A stretch of DNA of 64,000 nt, taken from assembly GCA_016790815.1 (NCBI GenBank), contig JAEUOG010000004.1, positions 987-64,986 of the forward strand. The letters are read 5' to 3'. Shown piece by piece: positions 52,301-61,148 of this stretch. The DNA comes from Dechloromonas sp. (GTDB lineage: Bacteria; Pseudomonadota; Gammaproteobacteria; Burkholderiales; Rhodocyclaceae). Within the stretch, counting starts at the first letter, position 1. Each line of letters starts with the position of its first letter. The notes under the pieces are model-generated. The model worked only from the letters and a program-made list of their open reading frames with translations. It was not told the origin of the DNA and made no database searches. Position numbers and translations under genes: made by a program.

Positions 52301-52687
52301 TGGCGGCCAAGGTGTTCCATCCTCAGTCGACCAGGGAATATAGGTGACGGCTGGATTGTAGTACTGTGGATTGGTTTGTGGTGAGCGTGCAAATGCGTTG
52401 TAGACATGATTGTCTACCGTTGCAACGTATTGAGGGTAATTGGAATCGCTGTAAACATTGTCTGGTCGCGGAAAGACAAAGTATGAATAGGAGTCTGGCG
52501 TGATTTCCCAATGCATCGACCCCGAGTCATCCAGCACCATCATCACGTTAGGTTCGGCCGTAGTCATCGTATGCAGCGGGACATCCGGGATCGTCGCTGC
52601 CTGCGATAGCGTGCTGAGGCAGGCCAGAGCTATGAATTGGCGCAGGCGGCTCGGTGTTGCCGGGAAATGGCGAGAGGTGGCTTTCAT
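49331..52687 (-). CDS. pilY1: Type IV pilus tip adhesin PilY1
   Basis: vWA MIDAS DDSGS and TDG, LGDLVHS, NDGMLHAF, Ca loop DENGDGFVD, YAGDLKGNVWKFD, GRISWRE; AGGAG RBS. Confidence 0.93.
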   Translation of the reverse strand: MKATSRHFPATPSRLRQFIALACLSTLSQAATIPDVPLHTMTTAEPNVMMVLDDSGSMHWEITPDSYSYFVFPRPDNVYSDSNYPQYVATVDNHVYNAFARSPQTNPQYYNPAVTYIPWSTEDGTPWPPANPTAAFHNPAKTTAGSRNLTIANTETARWEECTTGSNTGCISPALSSKTYWPATYFWHNGGEQFVLGNYLRVEITTGNTYSGHGRAARTDCTNGVCTYDQEIQNFANWYTYYRSRILTARAGIGRAFAAQGTRIRVGFGAINKGSTTIDEVDTRTVVRGVRLFSGTSRGNFFTDLYEHPIPTAGTPLRRALHDVGMYYSRTDVRGPWSTTPGATGGTYPACRQSYTILMTDGYWTEGDAWGATGNAALNSDGNGGPTVTGPDSKSYTYEAKSPFTDGHSATLADVAMHYWKNDLNTDIENKVPFTLRDPAFWQHMTTFGVGFGVSGSVNSTDAFAAIDSGATVTWPDPVGSNPGKIDDLLHASVNSRGDFFNAQNPTEFADSLKKVLDNIAKRISSAASVVANSTRLTTQSKVFSATFNTDNWSGDLQSYSVSSSGLSSTSAWEASKKLPEHGSRKIFTRLSGAGASFIATNAGAIGLSANEINYLRGDQSNELKNGGTLRNRSSLLGDLVHSSPNYDPVTDTVYVGSNDGMLHAFSGETGVETFAYIPGAVLGGLKQLTLANYEHKFFVDGDIAIAGKTTTFLDETYLVATFGRGARGLFGLDITTPASFGTGHVLWEYTGTSDADLGYMLGKPMVARLDDGSTDGLLAAIVGNGYNSTNGKAVLMIFNLKTGALIKKIDTGVGSDNGLSTPGLWDENGDGFVDYVYAGDLKGNVWKFDLTGGSVSGWGSAIKQGTTPKPLFIAKSGTVLQPITAPITLYKNYLSTDPNYQKVFLFFGTGSFFRSGDLTDKSTQTWYGLITTPTSTNESIASDRSTLKQRTIALETTADNLEIRTFSTSTANDMKDLQGWYLDLLPISGTQQGERIITGSTLHRFTEPTLIASSIVPVANDPCELGSGYLNALNAFTGASLTGQFFVFNNGYSGVAGSLNLGIGLTSQAGVLASNDGSGQIVASGSGSKDGKTIASSKINTGIPPQGRISWREIIRN

Positions 52688-52741
52688 GACGGAACTCCTG
52701 CTGGATGGCCGTATAGTTTGCTGGCGATACATGGTTGGGGT

Positions 52742-53308
52742 TTATCGGGAGTAGTAAATCGATTGCAGCATGACATCGGCGCGGCCGGCCCCTGGATTGG
52801 CGCGGGCGGTGACTCGATAGCGGCTGCAATAGTTGTTGGCTTCGCTTGGGTTTGAAGGTTCGCAGGAAAAATCGTTGCCAAGGAACTCAATGATGTAACT
52901 GGCGCTTCCGGCGAGCGAACTGATGCTCACCGTTTTTGCATGGGCCTTCCAGACGCTATCGGTGACATCTTTCGGCCAGTCTGGAGGGCAATCGACATCA
53001 GTCCGGCTGATGTAGCCCGTGGAGGCTTTGGCGATCAGCGTGCTGGAGTTGCATTTCACGCCGTCTGATTTGGCGGGGGCAAGACCGATTGGGCGACCAA
53101 GGGCATCTTCCTCACCGGCACGCAATGCGGTTTCCGCAGCCTGGAAGGCGAGACTGCGGTCCACTGCGCTGGCAGTCATTTTTTCCTCCAGCACGACGGT
53201 GCGGATGCCCGAGAGGCCGAGCAGAGTCATGACAACCAGCATGATCAGGGCGACAACCAGAACAACGCCTGTTTGCCGGTTACGAAAATTATTGAGATGG
53301 ACGGTCAT
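52742..53308 (-). CDS. pilX: Minor pilin PilX
   Basis: GVVLVVAL (no E5), AFQAAE.ALR.GE, YRVTARA, LQS.Y. Confidence 0.9.
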   Translation of the reverse strand: MTVHLNNFRNRQTGVVLVVALIMLVVMTLLGLSGIRTVVLEEKMTASAVDRSLAFQAAETALRAGEEDALGRPIGLAPAKSDGVKCNSSTLIAKASTGYISRTDVDCPPDWPKDVTDSVWKAHAKTVSISSLAGSASYIIEFLGNDFSCEPSNPSEANNYCSRYRVTARANPGAGRADVMLQSIYYSR

Positions 53309-54342
53309 AGACTTTCCCTGGCACGGACCTGGACAGTACTGAACATGTTGCGCTTGACAGTGGCTGCTGTAGATTGAGTCGTATCGATCTTGTCACGGGT
53401 TTCGAGCGTCAGATTGAGATTGGCGACTACCGCAACAGTGGTCGAAGATGTGCTCCAGTCGGTAATACTTGAGGCATCTACATAATTGGCCGCCATGGTT
53501 TTTGCGGCAGGATTCTTGGTCAGGTACTGGATTTGCATGTCCGTCACGTTGTCCACCATTTCTTCGGTGGTATTGTCGGATGGTGTGTAACGGAAGAGCG
53601 AGCGGCCGCCGCGGCTGTTGATGCCGATGTACCAGAATCCACCTTTGAAAGCCACAAAGCTGCCGCCGGTGAAGTCTTCGAGGTAGGCTAGCGGCTTGGT
53701 GCAGCTCAGCGCGGCCATGTCACGCATGCCTAGTCCCTTGGTGCAGTTGCCAGGTGTGCCGGTACCGCTGTTGTGCACAATGGTTTGACTGCTTGAACTG
53801 GCATTGGTGACCTGAAAAATCGACGCGACCTTGTTGTTGCATGCCATCACGATATCTCCCGCTTTCAGTCCGTGATCAGTTGAGCTGACTTTGAATTGGG
53901 CCGAGGTGACTTGATGCTCGACAATCGTCGCGTTGTTGTTGGCCGAACCACTTACCAGCATGATGGCATCAGTATTTGCAACCCGGTTGCCGGTGGCCGA
54001 GCCAAAGGGAACCGGGGTATAGGCTTGGGCGTTGTCGTAGCCGCGAACCGGCGTAGCCCAGCTGTCGGCAATGGTCGGGGTGGCCGATGGGTTGAGCGCA
54101 TTGACGATGACTTGGGCGCCACAGGGATTGGAGCCTGCTTCGCGCAACTCGCGAGACAGTAGTTCGAAGGCGATGCGAGCGTTATCCTGGACACCGGCGA
54201 GATTTTCCGAGGCCCGGAAGGCGTGCTGGTTAGACAGGAATATGTTGCCAACACCAATGATCAAGAGTAACCCGATTACCATCGCGATCATCAGTTCGAT
54301 CAGCGCCAGGCCGCGTTGGGCCAAAAAATGGGCAGGTTTCAT
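53305..54342 (-). CDS. pilW: Minor pilin PilW
   Basis: GLALIELMIA, QDNARIA..L.RELREAG, MQIQY. Confidence 0.9.
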   Translation of the reverse strand: MKPAHFLAQRGLALIELMIAMVIGLLLIIGVGNIFLSNQHAFRASENLAGVQDNARIAFELLSRELREAGSNPCGAQVIVNALNPSATPTIADSWATPVRGYDNAQAYTPVPFGSATGNRVANTDAIMLVSGSANNNATIVEHQVTSAQFKVSSTDHGLKAGDIVMACNNKVASIFQVTNASSSSQTIVHNSGTGTPGNCTKGLGMRDMAALSCTKPLAYLEDFTGGSFVAFKGGFWYIGINSRGGRSLFRYTPSDNTTEEMVDNVTDMQIQYLTKNPAAKTMAANYVDASSITDWSTSSTTVAVVANLNLTLETRDKIDTTQSTAATVKRNMFSTVQVRARESL

Positions 54343-54785
54343 ATGCGGCCTTCCGTGACCAGGGTTTCGGTGCTGGAGCCACCGCCCCGGGAATCGTCCC
54401 ATGTAATGGTGATGGTGCAGGTTCCGGCATTGCAAGCGATGCTTCCGCATGTCGATGCATTGTTGCCGAGCGCTGTTTTCAGATTGGCAATCCAGATGTT
54501 CTGGGTTGATTTGACGAGGGAGGAGCCGCTTGGCACAGAGCAGGTTGCAGACATGGCGTAGCTGTTGGCATTGGCGCGGTCGGCCCTGATGGCGTCAAGA
54601 ATGGAGTAACTCAACATGATGGCCTGAGAGCGTTGCAGGCTGCTCTGATTGTTCTTGAGTGCGTTGGCCTGAAGGCCCGCCAAGCCCAGCAGCCCGACAG
54701 CAAGGATAATGAAGGCGACAAGCACTTCCAACATGCTCGTGCCTCGTTGGCGGTGTGGCGTCTGGAGGGTTATGGTGCGGGGCAT
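54339..54785 (-). CDS. pilV: Minor pilin PilV
   Basis: GTSMLEVLVA..GLLGLAGLQ, RSQA, ITW.D. Confidence 0.9.
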   Translation of the reverse strand: MPRTITLQTPHRQRGTSMLEVLVAFIILAVGLLGLAGLQANALKNNQSSLQRSQAIMLSYSILDAIRADRANANSYAMSATCSVPSGSSLVKSTQNIWIANLKTALGNNASTCGSIACNAGTCTITITWDDSRGGGSSTETLVTEGRI

Positions 54786-55354
54786 GAACTGCTGACTCCG
54801 GTTTTAGGTTCCATGGTGATTTTTCCCGATGCGGTGAGAATAAGGTCGCGAGCGCGACTGTCATTGCTCAGGTAAGACGAGGTGGAGCAGACGCGGATGG
54901 TGCCGGTTTGCGCTGCGTCGCCCATCGTCCAGCTGCGGCCATCGGGACCGAAGGAGATGTATTGTGTGGTGTTTCCGCTGCCTGATATGGATATGCCCGC
55001 TGGTTTGGCGCCAGCGACCGACTGGATGGATTCTCCCCCATCCACGTTCGCAGTGGCGCCGCTACGGGTGATGTCGGTGAAGCTGATCCAGCCTTGCTGC
55101 CAGGTGCTTGAGGTTGCACATTGAGTCCCGCTGCTGCTCATGCAAACCGTGACTCGCTTCCCTTGGCGCAAGGCTTCCATTCGGGCCTGTGCGAGCGAAG
55201 CGACGAGGTCGTTGGTGGCAGCGCTCAGCCGATTGATCGCGATGGTGCTCTGAAAGCTGGGTACGGCAATAGACAGCAATATGGCCAGAATTACGATGGT
55301 GACCATGAGTTCAACAAGGGTAAAGCCCGAGTTGCGAATAGGAGGCTTGAGCAT
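54770..55354 (-). CDS. fimU: Minor pilin FimT/FimU (GspH fold)
   Basis: GFTLVELMVT, AVPSF, ARMEA....VTVC, WQQGW. Confidence 0.85.
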   Translation of the reverse strand: MLKPPIRNSGFTLVELMVTIVILAILLSIAVPSFQSTIAINRLSAATNDLVASLAQARMEALRQGKRVTVCMSSSGTQCATSSTWQQGWISFTDITRSGATANVDGGESIQSVAGAKPAGISISGSGNTTQYISFGPDGRSWTMGDAAQTGTIRVCSTSSYLSNDSRARDLILTASGKITMEPKTGVSSSCPAP

Positions 55355-55570
55355 GTGCGTTTTCCAGAGGGTGCTACTCTTACTTACTGCTGTTTGATTC
55401 GTAGTGTATTCATGATCCAGTGATCCAGGGCGAGTGCTGGAATCAACGGTTGCGTTGTGGCGACAGATGGTATTTTTGCCGTGTGGCATCATCGCAGCTT
55501 GAGGATTTGTTTTGATTTTATGTGTGTGCGTGCTAAACTTGTCGTTTTGGATTTTCTCTGGATTTAATTC

Positions 55571-55840
55571 ATGGCCAATAGCGCACAAGCCCGCAAGCGC
55601 GCCCGTCAAGCTGACGGGCAGCGTTCCCATAACGCCAGCCTGCGTTCGACCCTGCGTACCGCTATCAAGCGCGTTCGTCAGGCGATCGAAGCCGGTGACA
55701 AAGCCGCCGCACAGGGCGTCTTCCAGCAATCCGTTGCGGTTCTTGACCGCATTGCTGACAAGAAGATTGTTCATAAGAACAAGGCTTCACGCACCAAGAG
55801 CCGTCTGTCTGCCCAGATCAAGGCGCTTGCTGCTGCCTGA
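55571..55840 (+). CDS. rpsT: 30S ribosomal protein S20
   Basis: [24 protein letters not shown]. Confidence 0.99.
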   Translation: MANSAQARKRARQADGQRSHNASLRSTLRTAIKRVRQAIEAGDKAAAQGVFQQSVAVLDRIADKKIVHKNKASRTKSRLSAQIKALAAA

Positions 55841-55859
55841 TCGAGCCGGACGCTCTAGT

Positions 55860-55887
55860 AAAAATGGCGCCTTCGGGCGCCTTTTTT
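55860..55887. terminator. Intrinsic terminator after rpsT
   Basis: GGCGCC-TTCG-GGCGCC-TTTTTT. Confidence 0.9.
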
Positions 55888-55909
55888 ATTTCCTGCTTTC
55901 CGTTGAATG

Positions 55910-56206
55910 CTACTTTTTTTCCAGTGAGCAGACGCCGTCGATGATTTGAAGATCGTTGTCTTGGGCGAAGTTGAGCATGAACCGATAGGCCATCGGTTCT
56001 ACTTCGCCGAGGCGGCCGTCGACGAAAACAGCTTTTTCGCCGTTGTAATCACCTGGTCCGACATACGGAGAGTACTTCATCTTGCGCTCGGCGCCGAAGG
56101 CGGACATGACGCCGCACAGGCGTTCAGCCCAGTCACTGGGGCGAAATTTCTTGCCTTGCTTGGTGAGGCCGACAATGATGAATGTGGTCGAGTCTGTAGT
56201 TGTCAT
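55910..56206 (-). CDS. DUF3579-type conserved hypothetical protein
   Basis: GLT..GK.FRPSDWAERL, FAQDNDL. Confidence 0.8.
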   Translation of the reverse strand: MTTTDSTTFIIVGLTKQGKKFRPSDWAERLCGVMSAFGAERKMKYSPYVGPGDYNGEKAVFVDGRLGEVEPMAYRFMLNFAQDNDLQIIDGVCSLEKK

Positions 56207-56410
56207 TGTTCTAGTCTGCGTTGGGCGATGCGACCTTGCGTTTGCGAATTCTAGCAGAAGCCAGAAGCCTTTCCACTATTGTGGCGTGGGGGGCTGAGTC
56301 TTGGCATGCTCAGGTCGCTTGGGCGTTCTATACAATGGGTTGCTTTTCACCTAAAATCCAGACTGCTGTTGCTCTTGCGGGGTGTATTGCCCCCGGGGTG
56401 GCGATTGTTC

Positions 56411-56440
56411 CGGCGGCGATGGCCGCCGTTTTCGTTTTTT
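56411..56440 (+). promoter_or_regulatory. Terminator-like hairpin in the argD 5' leader
   Basis: CGGCGGC-GATG-GCCGCCG followed by TTTTCGTTTTTT, directly before the GAGG RBS. Confidence 0.55.
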
Positions 56441-56451
56441 GAGGTTGCCTC

Positions 56452-57624
56452 ATGTCGCATGTCATGAATACCTACGCCCGGTTGCCGGTGGCTTTCAGCC
56501 ATGGCCAGGGCAGCCGGATTACCGATGCCGAAGGTAAGGAGTATCTGGATGCGTTGTCCGGGATCGCTGTTTCAACGCTCGGTCATGCTCATCCCAAGCT
56601 GGTGGCTGCAATAGCTGCTCAGGCTGGACGTGTGTTGCATACCTCAAATCTTTACGGCATTCCGACGCAAGACAAGTTGTCCGACAAGTTGGCCGCGCTT
56701 TCCGGCATGCAGGAGATTTTTTTCTGTAATTCTGGTTGCGAGGCGAACGAAGCTGCGATCAAGTTGGCCCGTTTCTACGGGCACAAAAAGGGTATCGAGA
56801 CGCCAACCATCATCGTGATGGAAAAGGCTTTCCATGGCAGGACGATGGCAACGCTCTCGGCAACGGGAAATCGTAAGGCGCAGGCGGGTTTTGAGCCCCT
56901 GGTGTCGGGTTTTGTCCGTGTTCCGTATGACGATCTGGATGCGATCAAGGCGGTTGCCGAGCATAACCAGAATATTGTCGCTGTCATGCTGGAAATTATT
57001 CAGGGTGAGGGCGGTATTCATCTTGCGTCCGCTGAATTCCAGATGGGTGTTCGTCAGTTGTGCGACGAGCATGGCTGGCTTCTGATCTGCGATGAGGTTC
57101 AGTGCGGCATGGCGCGTACTGGCAAGTGGTTCGGGTACCAGCATGCCGGCATTCAGCCCGATATTGCGACCTTGGCCAAGGGGCTGGGTTCGGGGGTGCC
57201 GATCGGCGCCTGCATGGCAGGGGGCAGGGCCGCTGGTTTGTTTGGTCCGGGCAACCATGGTTCGACTTTTGGTGGCAATCCGTTGGCCTGCACGGCTGCA
57301 TTGACGACGATTGAAACCATCGAGCAGGACGGCTTGATGGCGAACGCGGAAAAGGTCGGGGTGCTGATCCGCAAACTCTATGCGGAGGCTTTGGCTGGGG
57401 TTGCAGGCGTTGTCGAGATTCGCGGCCATGGCTTGATGATCGGTATCGAGCTTGATCGCCCATGCGGCGAACTGGTTGGCAAGGCGCTGGCGGCTGGGTT
57501 GTTGATCAACGTGACGGCTGACAAGGTCGTTCGCCTGTTGCCACCGCTGACATTTAGCGAAATTGAGGCAAAAGAGCTGGTCGACCGCAGCGTGCCGTTG
57601 ATCAAGGCTTTTTTGGCGGGGTAA
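56452..57624 (+). CDS. argD: Acetylornithine aminotransferase
   Basis: NSGCEANEAAIK, FHGRT, QGEGG, DEVQ.G, AKGLG, HGSTFGGNP. Confidence 0.95.
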   Translation: MSHVMNTYARLPVAFSHGQGSRITDAEGKEYLDALSGIAVSTLGHAHPKLVAAIAAQAGRVLHTSNLYGIPTQDKLSDKLAALSGMQEIFFCNSGCEANEAAIKLARFYGHKKGIETPTIIVMEKAFHGRTMATLSATGNRKAQAGFEPLVSGFVRVPYDDLDAIKAVAEHNQNIVAVMLEIIQGEGGIHLASAEFQMGVRQLCDEHGWLLICDEVQCGMARTGKWFGYQHAGIQPDIATLAKGLGSGVPIGACMAGGRAAGLFGPGNHGSTFGGNPLACTAALTTIETIEQDGLMANAEKVGVLIRKLYAEALAGVAGVVEIRGHGLMIGIELDRPCGELVGKALAAGLLINVTADKVVRLLPPLTFSEIEAKELVDRSVPLIKAFLAG

Positions 57625-57627
57625 ATC

Positions 57628-58548
57628 ATGGCCGTCAAACACTTTTTGCAGTTCAAGGACTTCACCCGCGAGGAACTCGAGTATGTGTTCGAGCGGACGC
57701 GCTGGATCAAGAACCAGTTCAAGTCCTACCAGAAGTACTGGCCTCTCTCTGACCGGACGCTGGTGATGATTTTCGAGAAGGCGAGCACGCGGACGCGTCT
57801 TTCTTTCGAGGCAGGCATGCAGCAGTTGGGTGGTTCAGCGATCTATCTGAATACACGCGACTCACAACTGGGCCGAGGCGAGCCGGTTGAGGATGCAGCG
57901 CAGGTTATTTCGCGCATGAGCGATATCGTGATGATCCGCACTTTCGAGCAGGAGATCATCGAGCGTTTTGCGGCCAACTCGCGTGTGCCGGTGATCAACG
58001 GGCTGACCAACGAATATCATCCCTGCCAGATACTGGCCGACATTTATACCTTCATCGAGCATCGTGGTTGCATCCAGGGCAAGACGGTGGCTTGGGTGGG
58101 CGATGCGAACAATATGTGCAATACCTGGCTGCAGGCAGCCGAGGTGCTTGATTTCAAGGTGCACGTGTCGACGCCGCCAGGTTACGAGATCAACGCCGAC
58201 CTGGTTGGCAAGATCGATCCGGCTCGTTTCAAGGTCTTTGCCGATCCGATGGATGCCTGCCGGGGGGCGGATCTGGTCACGACCGATGTCTGGACGTCGA
58301 TGGGCTTCGAGGCTGAGAACGAAGCACGGATAAAGGCTTTTGCCGACTGGTGTGTGGATGGCGACATGATGCGCGTGGCCGGCAAGGACGCGCTTTTCAT
58401 GCATTGCCTGCCAGCGCATCGTGGCGAGGAAGTGACGACCGAAGTGATCGACGGGCCGCAATCGGTGGTCTGGGAAGAGGCGGAGAACCGCCTGCACGTC
58501 CAGAAGGCGTTGATGGAATATTTGCTGCTGGGCCGGATTCAGGGCTGA
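57628..58548 (+). CDS. argF: Ornithine carbamoyltransferase
   Basis: STRTRLSF, HPCQ, SMG, HCLPAHRG. Confidence 0.97.
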   Translation: MAVKHFLQFKDFTREELEYVFERTRWIKNQFKSYQKYWPLSDRTLVMIFEKASTRTRLSFEAGMQQLGGSAIYLNTRDSQLGRGEPVEDAAQVISRMSDIVMIRTFEQEIIERFAANSRVPVINGLTNEYHPCQILADIYTFIEHRGCIQGKTVAWVGDANNMCNTWLQAAEVLDFKVHVSTPPGYEINADLVGKIDPARFKVFADPMDACRGADLVTTDVWTSMGFEAENEARIKAFADWCVDGDMMRVAGKDALFMHCLPAHRGEEVTTEVIDGPQSVVWEEAENRLHVQKALMEYLLLGRIQG

Positions 58549-58580
58549 GCTGCAGGGTTAATCGAAACTAGGGAACTGAA

Positions 58581-60026
58581 ATGAGCGACATCAAGAAGGT
58601 TGTGCTGGCCTATTCGGGCGGTCTGGATACCTCGGTCATCCTCAAGTGGCTGCAGGATGTTTACAAGTGTGAAGTCGTTACCTTCACGGCTGATCTGGGC
58701 CAAGGTGAAGAGTTGGAGCCGGCTCGCGTCAAAGCGCTGAAGGCTGGTATCAAGCCGAAGAACATCTATATTGATGACGTGCGCGAGGAGTTTGTCCGCG
58801 ATTTCGTTTTCCCAATGTTCCGTGCAAATACTGTTTACGAAGGCGAATACCTGCTGGGTACTTCTATCGCCCGGCCGCTGATCGCCAAGCGCCTGATCGA
58901 GATCGTCAATGAAACCGGTGCCGACGCCATCTGTCACGGTGCAACTGGCAAGGGCAACGACCAGGTGCGTTTCGAGCTCGGCGCCTATGCACTGAAGCCA
59001 GGCATCAAGGTCATCGCCCCGTGGCGCGAGTGGGATCTGATGTCGCGCGAAAAGCTGATGGCCTATGCCGAGAAGCATGGCATCGAAATCGACATGAAGC
59101 ACAAGAAGGGCGGCTCCCCGTATTCGATGGACGCCAACCTGCTGCATATTTCGTATGAAGGTCGTCACCTCGAGGATCCGGCGGCTGAGGCCGAGGAGTC
59201 GATGTGGCGCTGGACGGTGTCGCCGGAAAAGGCACCGAACAAGGCCGAATACCTTGATCTCGAGTTCGCCAAGGGTGACGTCGTCGCCATCAATGGCAAG
59301 AAGATGAAGGCGCACGAAGTGCTGGCGATGCTGAACGAAATCGGCGGCAAGCATGGCATCGGCCGCCTCGATCTGGTTGAAAACCGTTACGTCGGCATGA
59401 AGTCGCGCGGCTGCTACGAAACCCCTGGCGGCACGATTCTGCTGCGCGCCCACCGTGCCATTGAATCAGTCACGCTCGACCGCGAAGTCGCCCACCTCAA
59501 GGACGACCTGATGCCGCGTTACGCCAGCCTGGTGTACAACGGCTACTGGTGGAGCCCGGAGCGCAAGGCATTGCAGGTCTTGATTGATCACACCCAAGGC
59601 ACGGTCAATGGAACCGTGCGTCTCAAACTCTACAAGGGCAACGTGATCGTTGTTGGCCGCGACTCGAAGACCGATTCGCTGTTCGATTCCACCATTGCTA
59701 CGTTCGAGGATGATGCCGGTGCTTACGACCAGCGCGATGCCGGTGGCTTCATCAAGCTGAATGCCCTGCGCATGCGCATCGCCGCCAATCTGGCTGCCAG
59801 GAAGGCAGGCAAGCCCGCAGCGAAAAAGGCTGTTGCCAAGCCAGCAGACAAGGCGGTAGCGAAGGTTGTGGCGAAAGCTGTGTCCAAGCCTGCCGCCAAG
59901 GGCGTCGCCAAGGCGGTTGTCAAAGCAGCGGTAAAACCGGTTGCCAAGCCGGTCGCCAAGAAGGCTGCCAAGCCTGTAGCCGCCAAGGTTGCTGTCAAGA
60001 AGCCGGCTGCAAAGAAAAAGGGCTAA
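58581..60026 (+). CDS. argG: Argininosuccinate synthase with a Lys/Ala/Pro/Val-rich C-terminal extension
   Basis: [29 protein letters not shown]; ~74-aa K(P/A/V)(A/V)A-type repeat tail. Confidence 0.97.
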   Translation: MSDIKKVVLAYSGGLDTSVILKWLQDVYKCEVVTFTADLGQGEELEPARVKALKAGIKPKNIYIDDVREEFVRDFVFPMFRANTVYEGEYLLGTSIARPLIAKRLIEIVNETGADAICHGATGKGNDQVRFELGAYALKPGIKVIAPWREWDLMSREKLMAYAEKHGIEIDMKHKKGGSPYSMDANLLHISYEGRHLEDPAAEAEESMWRWTVSPEKAPNKAEYLDLEFAKGDVVAINGKKMKAHEVLAMLNEIGGKHGIGRLDLVENRYVGMKSRGCYETPGGTILLRAHRAIESVTLDREVAHLKDDLMPRYASLVYNGYWWSPERKALQVLIDHTQGTVNGTVRLKLYKGNVIVVGRDSKTDSLFDSTIATFEDDAGAYDQRDAGGFIKLNALRMRIAANLAARKAGKPAAKKAVAKPADKAVAKVVAKAVSKPAAKGVAKAVVKAAVKPVAKPVAKKAAKPVAAKVAVKKPAAKKKG

Positions 60027-60029
60027 CAG

Positions 60030-60254
60030 ATGGATGGCGGTACCATTTTCGGGATGAATGAAGAACAGATCGCGGATTTCTTCTCGACCTGGGGTGTTGG
60101 TGCCTTCATCCTTTTCATGCTGTTCATCATTGGTGAGATTGCTTGGAAGTCGAAGGCCGGAAAGACGGGTACTTTCGTGCTTTTCTTTGTGCTCGCTTTC
60201 GGGATGGTGGGCTTCATCGCCAAATCAGTCATTCAACAAATCTGGGGTATGTAA
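60030..60254 (+). CDS. DUF2788-type small membrane protein
   Basis: FII..IAWKSKAGK.G.F.LF.VL..G..GFIAK. Confidence 0.8.
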   Translation: MDGGTIFGMNEEQIADFFSTWGVGAFILFMLFIIGEIAWKSKAGKTGTFVLFFVLAFGMVGFIAKSVIQQIWGM

Positions 60255-60572
60255 ATGTCGCAATACGACAATGTTTCCGTGGTCAAAAAGGCCAATGTTT
60301 ATTTCGACGGCAAATGCGTCAGCCACACAGTGGTGCTGGCCGATGGCACCAAGAAGACGGTTGGCGTCATCCTGCCGTCCAGCCTGACATTCAATACCGG
60401 CGCACCGGAAGTCATGGAAGGCGTCGGCGGTTCATGCCGTGTCAAACTCAAGGGTGAGAGCGAGTGGAAGACCTGGGGCGAAGGCCAGTCTTTCAACGTG
60501 CCGGGCAATTCCAGCTTCGAGATTTCAGTTGCTGACGGCGAGTCCTATCACTACGTCTGCCATTTCGGGTAA
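60255..60572 (+). CDS. ppnP: Pyrimidine/purine nucleoside phosphorylase (YaiE/PpnP)
   Basis: NVYFDGK, TVGVI, F.T..PE.M, F.VPGNS.F. Confidence 0.88.
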   Translation: MSQYDNVSVVKKANVYFDGKCVSHTVVLADGTKKTVGVILPSSLTFNTGAPEVMEGVGGSCRVKLKGESEWKTWGEGQSFNVPGNSSFEISVADGESYHYVCHFG

Positions 60573-60577
60573 GCGTC

Positions 60578-61072
60578 ATGCCGAGCTTTGACTTCACCTC
60601 CGAAGCTGACATGGTGGCGTTGAAGAACGCCATTGATGTGACCTCCCGTCAGATCGACAACCGCTATGACTTCAAGGGCACCAGCGCCAAGGTTGAGTTG
60701 AACGAGAAAGACAAGGTCATCACCCTGTGGGGCGATTCTGATTTTCAGCTCGACCAGATCAAGGACCTTCTTTTCCCTGCCATGGAAAAGAAGGAGAAGG
60801 AAAGCGTCAAGCGTCTTGATCACCAGAAGATCGTCAGCGTTTCCGGCAACAAGGTGAAGCAGGAAATGAAGATCAAGGACGGGATCGACAGCGATCTGGC
60901 CAAGAAGATCGTCAAGCTGGTCAAGGACGGCAAGCTCAAGGTCCAGGCTGCCATCCAGGGTGAAACTGTGCGTGTCACGGGCGCCAAGCGGGATGACCTG
61001 CAGGCTTGTATCGCGCTGATTACAAAATCAATCACCGATTTTCCCATCAAGTATGGGAATTTCCGCGACTAA
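60578..61072 (+). CDS. yajQ: YajQ family nucleotide / c-di-GMP-binding protein
   Basis: MPSFD, RYDFKG, KRDDLQ, NFRD. Confidence 0.95.
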   Translation: MPSFDFTSEADMVALKNAIDVTSRQIDNRYDFKGTSAKVELNEKDKVITLWGDSDFQLDQIKDLLFPAMEKKEKESVKRLDHQKIVSVSGNKVKQEMKIKDGIDSDLAKKIVKLVKDGKLKVQAAIQGETVRVTGAKRDDLQACIALITKSITDFPIKYGNFRD

Positions 61073-61080
61073 GCTGACTG

Positions 61081-61114
61081 CTGCGGTCTACCCTAAAAAC
61101 CGGGTCAAAATGAA
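61081..61114 (-). repeat. Dispersed 34-bp motif, strong copy (intergenic yajQ/GATase)
   Basis: Reverse complement TTCATTTT-GACCCGG-TTTTT-AGG-GTAGAC-CGCAG. Confidence 0.85.
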
Positions 61115-61140
61115 AACGGGCTGTTTGTGCAGCCCGCTTT
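61113..61140. terminator. Terminator between convergent yajQ and GATase genes
   Basis: AAAA-CGGGCTG-6nt-CAGCCCG-CTTT. Confidence 0.6.
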
Positions 61141-61148
61141 CTATTGCG

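Noticed and set aside
54770-55774. Extended ORF-track N-termini (fimU 334 aa, soxY 278 aa, rraA 218 aa, tsaE 266 aa)
   Set aside because: The extensions overlap neighbouring genes; the family N-termini and RBSs support the shorter starts.
56335-56442. Possible leader peptide upstream of argD
   Set aside because: No Arg codons or RBS, and the ATG overlaps the putative -10 element.
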